Part shown: positions 58,090-64,000 of the stretch, piece after piece | Layout of the letters: each line of letters opens with the position of its first letter | Position numbering within the stretch: position 1 is the stretch's first letter | Assembly (NCBI GenBank): GCA_043821365.1 | Contig: JBDRCX010000006.1 | Location: 672,001-736,000, forward strand | Source: Candidatus Micrarchaeota archaeon | GTDB lineage: Archaea > Micrarchaeota > Micrarchaeia > Anstonellales > Bilamarchaeaceae | Length of the DNA: 64,000 nt | Direction: 5' to 3' | Notes under the pieces: generated by a model | The model's input: the letters and a program-made list of their open reading frames with translations, nothing else | Databases searched by the model: none | Told to the model about the DNA's origin: nothing | Translations under genes and position numbers: made by a program

Positions 58090-58597
58090 CTATTTTTTTA
58101 AGTCGTTGTTCTGCTTCAATTAATTCAAGGTATTTAATTACCTGCTTTGGCAGATGCTTTCTCCATTCACTATTTCCTTCACCCATCAGTTTCCTTATGT
58201 TGGTGCCTTCTTTTGGCCCACGGTCATAATAAGCCACTGGATTTACTAATATCCCATGCTTTGAGAAAAGCATCTTAACTAGTGCATTGTTTGAATAAAC
58301 AGACTCAATGTCAATAGGGGGAATATGCATGTATATATGGTCCACCCATATTCTATTGTCATTTACATCTGGTACTGGTACTATTACTAATTTGGTAAGT
58401 TCGCTTTTATTAAAACAAAGACGTATCATCTCAATTCTTTCACCACATGTGAATGGATTCTCAGTGGTGAATCCGTCTTCGGAACTCCCAATAACAATAA
58501 CTACTTCTTTGTATTTTCTGAGTAATTTTTTAATAGCATGATAGTGCCCATGGTGAAATGGTTGGAACCTTCCAATAAATAAAGCTCGCTTCATCAA
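58064..58597 (-). CDS. nadM: Nicotinamide-nucleotide adenylyltransferase
   Basis: IGRFQPFHHGH, IGSS, NPFTCGER. Confidence 0.93.
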   Translation of the reverse strand: MMKRALFIGRFQPFHHGHYHAIKKLLRKYKEVVIVIGSSEDGFTTENPFTCGERIEMIRLCFNKSELTKLVIVPVPDVNDNRIWVDHIYMHIPPIDIESVYSNNALVKMLFSKHGILVNPVAYYDRGPKEGTNIRKLMGEGNSEWRKHLPKQVIKYLELIEAEQRLKKIVRMGGRHV

Positions 58598-58606
58598 ATA
58601 CCACCT

Positions 58607-61600
58607 TTATGTTTCTTTCATTACCTGCTTAAGTTTTATACCTACTAGTTTTGATACTCCGTCTACTTTTGTGACACCAATCACAGAGTCTGCGTTGGCC
58701 ATTACGGTATCGTTGTGGCTTACCATAATGAATTGACTGTCCTTGCTCATACCATTTACAAGGTCAGCCAGGTTTTTACTGTTGGATTTGTCAAGTGCAG
58801 CATCAACCTCATCAAGTATGTAGAATGGTGCTGGTTTGAACATCTGTAAAGCAAAAACAAACATCATTGCAACCAGTGTTTTTTCACCACCAGACAAAGC
58901 ATCTAATGAGTGTTCCTGGTTATTTCTTCTTAATTTTATAAACAACCCACTTTCAAACGGCTCTGAAGGATTGCTTAGGTAGAGATGTCCGTGCCCAACA
59001 TTTATATATTTGAACATTTTGCCGAAATTATCACTCACTGCATTGAATGTCTCGAAAAATGCCTCTTTTTTGTGTTCTTCTATCTCTCCTATCATCAACA
59101 GGATTGCCTCTCGTTCTCGGTCTAATCTTTCTATTTTCTCTTCTACATCCATAATTTCTGCTTTTTTCTTATCATACATTTCTACTGCTGCCATATTGAC
59201 ATTTCCAATGGTGGCAAGAATCTCTTCTGCGTCTTTCATCATTTTTGTTAATTCTTCTTTCGCTAGCTCTAAATGTTCTATATTAGTATAAGCTGCATAT
59301 TCTATCTTTATATCTTCCAATCTTGTTTGTGCTGTTGCTGTTTTCACATTTATTTGGTTCATATCTTTTATTGCCTTGTCCAATTCAATTCTAATGTGGC
59401 CTCGTTTCTTCCCAATTTCTTGAATTTCATCTTCGTATGATTTCATTTGTTCAAAAAGCTTTTCGATTGCCTTACTAACTGATTTCATATTTTCTTCTGT
59501 TTGTGCAAGTTCTTTTTCTTCTTCTATAATTTGCTTTTTCACTTCTTTTATCCTTTCAAAAGCTTCTTTTTCTTCATTACCTAATTTCTTCAGTCTTTCA
59601 AGTTTTGATGAATGTTCTTTCTTTCTAATGTCAACTTCGCTTAATTTCCCTTCAATGGTAGCTTTCAATGATGATACGGCTGCGCTCATGTCTGCTCTTT
59701 TCTTACTGCTTTCTTCAGAACTTCTCTTGAATTCATTTTCTGCAGCTTTAAGTCTTTCTTTTATGCCAGCTATTTTCCCTCCTGCTTCGGCAACTTTCTT
59801 AGCAAGATGTTCTCTTACGCCTGTTCTTTCTTTTACTGAAGTTTCTAATTTTTCTATTTCATCTTTTATCTGTTCTTTTCTCTTTAACAAGTGTTCAATT
59901 TCTTTTCTTCTTTCCTGCTCCATCTTGTCCTTTACTTCAGCTGTTTTGATTGTAATCTCTAATTTGGCTTTTTCTGCTCTCATTTTTGATTCTTCTTCCC
60001 GTATGGAATAAAGTTCTTGTAATAATGAATCCTTTGTGCTCTTTACATCATTGAATTCGTTTTCAATTTTCTTAAGCTGGTTGTTAGCAAACAATCCAGA
60101 TTGGGATCTTCCACCACTTATGATGCCGGATCTTTCAAATATCTCTCCATCAATTGTTACCATTCTTGCAGTTCCAATACCAAGTTTTTTTGCATCATTT
60201 GCCGTATCAATTAAAAGTGTATCTGCAAACACATACTCCATTGCTCTCCGTAAATTTGATTTACAATTTATTACCTCAAGAATCGATGAAAATTTACCTA
60301 ATTTTACTTGTGATGGTGTTCGTATCGAATCAAGAGGTATGAAAGTCACTCTTCCTACTTTTGCTTTTTTCAATTTATCTATTGCTTCTGTTGCAGTGTC
60401 AATACCATCAACAATAACATAAAGTAAACGTGATCCTCCAGATGCCTCAACAGCACTACTGTATTCCGGATCAAATGTTATAAGGTCCATTACAGTTCCA
60501 TAAATTCCATCATTCACCCTTTTTAGTTCATTGACAAAACTCAATGCAGGGTTTGCCAATTGGGGTGAACTTCTAACTCTGAATATTGAAAGTTTTTCTT
60601 TAAGTTCAAGCATCTGCTTGTCAAGTTCATTCATTTGAGCGTTGATGTCCTTGGTTTTATTGAATGATCTGTCAATTTCTTTTGTTATCTTCTCGATTTC
60701 CCTTCTAAGGTGATTAATATCTTCTTTTTCTTCTGTTTCTCCATCTTCACCCGGTAGTGTATTCTCATGTTCTGCTTTTTTTGCTTCTATAAGCTGTCGT
60801 TTTGCTTCTAATTCAGTATTTAATGATGAAAGTTTCTCTTTAAGAGATAAAAGTTCGGATTCATGAGTGTCTAAGGTTTTTCTCAGTTCATCTATCTCAT
60901 CATCATCTCCCCCACCGCCATATTTCATCAAGTCTTCTTCTGCTTTTTTTAGTTGGTGTTTGAGTGTACCGAGTTCCTTTTCAAGAGCTGCTAAAATTTC
61001 CTTTTCTTTTATTGTTTCTTTTTCTGTTTCTTCTATCTCTTTTTTTGTTTCTCTCACAAATGCTTCTTTATCATCAACTAGTTGTTTCTTTGATCCACCT
61101 GATGCTCGTAGTTCTTCGAGCCTTCTTATCATTGCGTTGGTCTTTTGCTTGGATTGGAGTTCCCCACTGGTTTTTGCTCTTTTAGCATCAATTTCTCCTA
61201 TTGTTGCTTCGACTTCTTCTATTTCTTGTTCTTTAGTTTTTCTTATCTGGTTTAATTTTTCTTCTTGTTTTGTTATATTTGTCAATTCTTTTTCCAATTT
61301 CTGCATCTCATTTTTGAGCAATGTACCTTTTGCATTTGTAAGATTCTTCTTTGCACCAGAATATCTTATTGCCGTTTCTTTTTCTCTTTCTAATTCGTCA
61401 AGAAATGCTTTTCTTTCGCCGAGTACTAGTTTGGCTTCTTTTATTCTTGTTTCTACCATTCCAAGTTCATTGAGTGCTTCTTTTTTCTTTTCTTCAAAAT
61501 CAGCAATACCAGCAACACTATCGATAATCTGTCTTCGTTCCTTACCGTTCATATTTATAATTCGTTGAACTTCTCCCTGTGCAATTGTGTTACGACCACT

Positions 61601-61972
61601 GCTGTCTAAGTTGTATTTTTTTAATGCTTCAACAACACTTCCACGTGTTGTTCTTTTATCATTCAACATGTATTTTATTTTTCCATCTTCTCTTATGGCA
61701 CGTTTTATTTCGTAACCTTTACCATCATTTTCATTTTGTAAAACTAGTGAAACTTCTGCTGTTCTTGATCCTGCATATATCAAATCGGTGACTTTTTTTG
61801 CACGAAGTGATTTTAGGCTAATTTCTCCCATCACAAAACGAATTGCATCGCATAGATTACTTTTCCCAGAACCATTGGGTCCGGCAAAACAAACGAATGT
61901 ATCTGGAAGTTCAACATTAGCTGCTTTGAATGATTTGAAATTTTTTAATTTGAGACGGGAGATAAAAACCAT
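58607..61972 (-). CDS. smc: Chromosome segregation protein SMC
   Basis: GPNGSGKSN, hinge GRVTFIPLD, LSGGEK, LDEVDAALD. Confidence 0.97.
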   Translation of the reverse strand: MVFISRLKLKNFKSFKAANVELPDTFVCFAGPNGSGKSNLCDAIRFVMGEISLKSLRAKKVTDLIYAGSRTAEVSLVLQNENDGKGYEIKRAIREDGKIKYMLNDKRTTRGSVVEALKKYNLDSSGRNTIAQGEVQRIINMNGKERRQIIDSVAGIADFEEKKKEALNELGMVETRIKEAKLVLGERKAFLDELEREKETAIRYSGAKKNLTNAKGTLLKNEMQKLEKELTNITKQEEKLNQIRKTKEQEIEEVEATIGEIDAKRAKTSGELQSKQKTNAMIRRLEELRASGGSKKQLVDDKEAFVRETKKEIEETEKETIKEKEILAALEKELGTLKHQLKKAEEDLMKYGGGGDDDEIDELRKTLDTHESELLSLKEKLSSLNTELEAKRQLIEAKKAEHENTLPGEDGETEEKEDINHLRREIEKITKEIDRSFNKTKDINAQMNELDKQMLELKEKLSIFRVRSSPQLANPALSFVNELKRVNDGIYGTVMDLITFDPEYSSAVEASGGSRLLYVIVDGIDTATEAIDKLKKAKVGRVTFIPLDSIRTPSQVKLGKFSSILEVINCKSNLRRAMEYVFADTLLIDTANDAKKLGIGTARMVTIDGEIFERSGIISGGRSQSGLFANNQLKKIENEFNDVKSTKDSLLQELYSIREEESKMRAEKAKLEITIKTAEVKDKMEQERRKEIEHLLKRKEQIKDEIEKLETSVKERTGVREHLAKKVAEAGGKIAGIKERLKAAENEFKRSSEESSKKRADMSAAVSSLKATIEGKLSEVDIRKKEHSSKLERLKKLGNEEKEAFERIKEVKKQIIEEEKELAQTEENMKSVSKAIEKLFEQMKSYEDEIQEIGKKRGHIRIELDKAIKDMNQINVKTATAQTRLEDIKIEYAAYTNIEHLELAKEELTKMMKDAEEILATIGNVNMAAVEMYDKKKAEIMDVEEKIERLDREREAILLMIGEIEEHKKEAFFETFNAVSDNFGKMFKYINVGHGHLYLSNPSEPFESGLFIKLRRNNQEHSLDALSGGEKTLVAMMFVFALQMFKPAPFYILDEVDAALDKSNSKNLADLVNGMSKDSQFIMVSHNDTVMANADSVIGVTKVDGVSKLVGIKLKQVMKET

Positions 61973-62055
61973 GATTTATCGAATGCTAATCTCAGATTAG
62001 ATTAAAAAGCATTTCTGCAGTTTCTTGAAAAATAGGCATACACTAACTTCATTCA

Positions 62056-62170
62056 TGGACACGGAGGGATTTGAACCCCCAGCCTTCCACAGTTTGGCAA
62101 ACTAGTTTTGATCAAACTTTTACTAAAAGTTTGGCGCCAAGCGGATGCTCTACCGTTGAGCTACGTGCCC
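62056..62170 (-). tRNA. tRNA-Ala(GGC) with a 43-nt intron (62134-62092) at 37/38
   Basis: GGGCACG TA GCTC AACGGTA GAGC A TCCGC TT GGC G|T GTGGA AGGCT GGGGG TTCAAAT CCCTC CGTGTCC A; G3.U70 Ala identity; BHB helix UUGG/CCAA. Confidence 0.95.
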
Positions 62171-62210
62171 GTGCAACTTTTTAGTAAAAAGTTGCTCAAA
62201 AATAGTCAAT

Positions 62211-62435
62211 TTAAGATGGCGATATAAAAGTTACTGAGTCACCGCGCAACAAAACTGTGCCGACTCCTCTTTTGACTTCACCATTGACCATCTGTTCTGC
62301 TTTTTCAAGAACAATGTTCATGTGTACATCGTATGCTACCATCACGCCTCGGAATTCATTTCCTCCTTTCATACCGATTATGACGGTGTTGTTCAATGAG
62401 CTATTCAATACATCAAATGGTCTTCTTTCTGGCAT
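62211..62435 (-). CDS. Sm-like (Lsm/SmAP) protein
   Basis: RPFDVLN, YDVHMNIVL, LLRGDSV. Confidence 0.93.
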   Translation of the reverse strand: MPERRPFDVLNSSLNNTVIIGMKGGNEFRGVMVAYDVHMNIVLEKAEQMVNGEVKRGVGTVLLRGDSVTFISPS

Positions 62436-62491
62436 AAAAAATTCACCTCTAAAAATAAACTCTTTTAATCTATCATCATAGGTTTTAAAAG

Positions 62492-62965
62492 TCATTCGTT
62501 ATTTACAATTGTTTCTATTTTTCCTGGTCCTTTGAATATAATTATTCTATCTGCAGTGTTTCTAAGTGCGGCACTGAATGCAACATCAGTTGCAATGATC
62601 ATAGTTCTTTTGCCCTTTGCCTTTGCCTTTCTTAAGACGGGTAAATAATCAGTATCTCTGGTCATGAGTGCAATTGTGTCTATATCTTTGTCAATAACAT
62701 ACTCCATTGCTTCAATGGCCATAGTAACATCAACATCGCCAGTGGTTATCTCAGTTTGAAAACCTTGATTTACCATAGCCTCAATCAGCTTGTCAGATGC
62801 AAACTGATCAAGATATATTTTTGCAACACGGATATTACCAAAACGTGAAATCTCTTTTCTAAGTTCATGGAGATCCACATTGAATGCTTTCCTTAAAATA
62901 TTTGGACCGTCAACCAAAAGTGCAATATCTGGTCGTTCCTTTTTTCTTTTTAAAAAATCAAACAT
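62492..62965 (-). CDS. NYN-domain protein (TIGR00288-like)
   Basis: LVDGPNIL, DVDV, TRDTDYLP. Confidence 0.88.
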   Translation of the reverse strand: MFDFLKRKKERPDIALLVDGPNILRKAFNVDLHELRKEISRFGNIRVAKIYLDQFASDKLIEAMVNQGFQTEITTGDVDVTMAIEAMEYVIDKDIDTIALMTRDTDYLPVLRKAKAKGKRTMIIATDVAFSAALRNTADRIIIFKGPGKIETIVNNE

Positions 62966-63021
62966 TTAATCTACTCCAGGTGGCAATCGTGTTCGTCGCA
63001 ACGAACGCGATACATATGGAA

Positions 63022-63756
63022 CTATTGTTCCATACTGAAATTAAAAAATTTCATCGCATTTTCGCTAGTTGCATTCGCAACTTTAACAGTTTCTATATTC
63101 TTTACTTCTGCAATATACGCAATAGCTTCGCGTATAACTTCCGGTGTTCTACCAACATATGGCGAATCACTTTCCACCAAAAGTCTATTCAGTGGTACAA
63201 TATTAATAACCTTTCTACGCTCCTTCGACCTAAGGTGGGTTATTGATATATACCCACCACTATCTACAATTTTTTTTGCCTGTTCTTCAGAACCACAATA
63301 AAAGTGCATTAGTACTCTCATCTCAGTTGTCATGCTAATGATGTCATCAACAGCATTTTTTGGAAGGTTATTTTCATTAGGATTATTTCTCGAATGTATT
63401 ACAAGAGGAAGATCAAATTCCTTCGCAAGGTCAATCATCTTTTGAAACACGATTTTTTCATTTTCAACGTGTTCGTTTGTTTGTGCCCACTTATAGTCTA
63501 AACCAACTTCACCGATTGCATTTGGTTTGTTATTTCTAATAAATTCCACCCACTCGTCTACTTTTGTTATTCCCTCCTTTACAGTACTCTGCGGTGCAAT
63601 CCCCAATATGAAAGGATAATTATGCTCCTTTGCAAAATCAACTACTTTTTTGTTTGCGCCATGCGAGTATCCTGCAACTACTGGGTAAATATCTGGAGGC
63701 AGAACATAGTCTTTTTTCATTTCAAAAAGATGGGTATGTGAGTCCACAAGTTTCAT
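63022..63756 (-). CDS. TatD family nuclease
   Basis: DSHTH, IGEVGLDY, IHSR, LVESDSPY. Confidence 0.92.
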   Translation of the reverse strand: MKLVDSHTHLFEMKKDYVLPPDIYPVVAGYSHGANKKVVDFAKEHNYPFILGIAPQSTVKEGITKVDEWVEFIRNNKPNAIGEVGLDYKWAQTNEHVENEKIVFQKMIDLAKEFDLPLVIHSRNNPNENNLPKNAVDDIISMTTEMRVLMHFYCGSEEQAKKIVDSGGYISITHLRSKERRKVINIVPLNRLLVESDSPYVGRTPEVIREAIAYIAEVKNIETVKVANATSENAMKFFNFSMEQ

Positions 63757-63927
63757 GTTTTTTGGTTAATCGTTTCATGTTATAAATGCTTTGTGGTTTA
63801 TCTCTGGTACTTTCACCAGGTGGGGGTGAGGGGAAAGTTTAGTTTAAAAACCCTAATGTCTTATAAGTATACCTCTGTCCGAATTATCAGATGTAAATTG
63901 AAATCGGAATTCCAATAAGGTGTATTA

Positions 63928-64000
63928 ATGGTTGACAAAATTTTTGCTATTGCAAAGGAATTAAGAGTAGGCAAGTATGTCATGATTGATGACATACCCT
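63928..64000 (+). CDS. eif5a: Translation initiation factor 5A, 3'-truncated
   Basis: MVDKIFAIAKELRVGKYVMIDDIP matches the aIF5A N-terminus; only 24 codons visible. Confidence 0.7.
   Translation, partial: MVDKIFAIAKELRVGKYVMIDDIP

Larger units (their letters stand above)
1845..62195. repeat. Dispersed short palindrome family N3-5-CTTTT(T)-loop-AAAAAG-N3-5
   Basis: Copies read by eye: 1845-1865, 12603-12623, 12709-12733, 12792-12814, 24731-24755, 24872-24892, 35613-35637, 45451-45470, 45558-45581, 45646-45666, 45762-45782, 48443-48463, 62113-62133, 62173-62195. Confidence 0.8.

Noticed and set aside
12603-62195. Hairpin family as a CRISPR array
   Set aside because: Copies are dispersed, differ in their arms, have no regular spacers, and no cas genes are present.

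Overview
AT-rich archaeal genomic window. Markers include L7Ae, S28e, L24e, L18e, RpoN, EF-1alpha, eIF5A, Lsm, SMC and archease. The small-genome style and many orphan surface proteins suggest a DPANN lineage, plausibly Micrarchaeota (inference). Main discovery: the RNA ligase gene rtcB is split by a 28-nt frameshifting insertion (1844-1871) in the conserved PDGH|SGYGFPIGG motif. The insertion folds into a relaxed bulge-helix-bulge (BHB) structure whose predicted cut sites restore the reading frame, i.e. a candidate tRNA-type intron in the mRNA of the ligase that would have to splice it. The same gene carries a 475-aa intein at its catalytic Cys, follows a free-standing LAGLIDADG endonuclease gene and lies 2 kb from archease. 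All four tRNA genes found (Asn-GTT, His-GTG, Pro-GGG, Ala-GGC) are interrupted by BHB introns: six introns in total, at 15/16, 37/38, 53/54 and 58/59, one pair leaving a 5-nt exon. A family of CTTTT-loop-AAAAG hairpins recurs in these introns, in tRNA flanks and in the rtcB intron. Other content: a minimal group-3b-like NiFe hydrogenase and metal-uptake region with short ORFs missed by the track, an SLT-type lytic transglycosylase, a protease-less LonB-like ATPase, a His-rich uS9, two parallel Lrp/methyltransferase modules, an agmatine deiminase operon and many Cys-rich surface proteins. All folding and homology calls were made by eye, without database searches.
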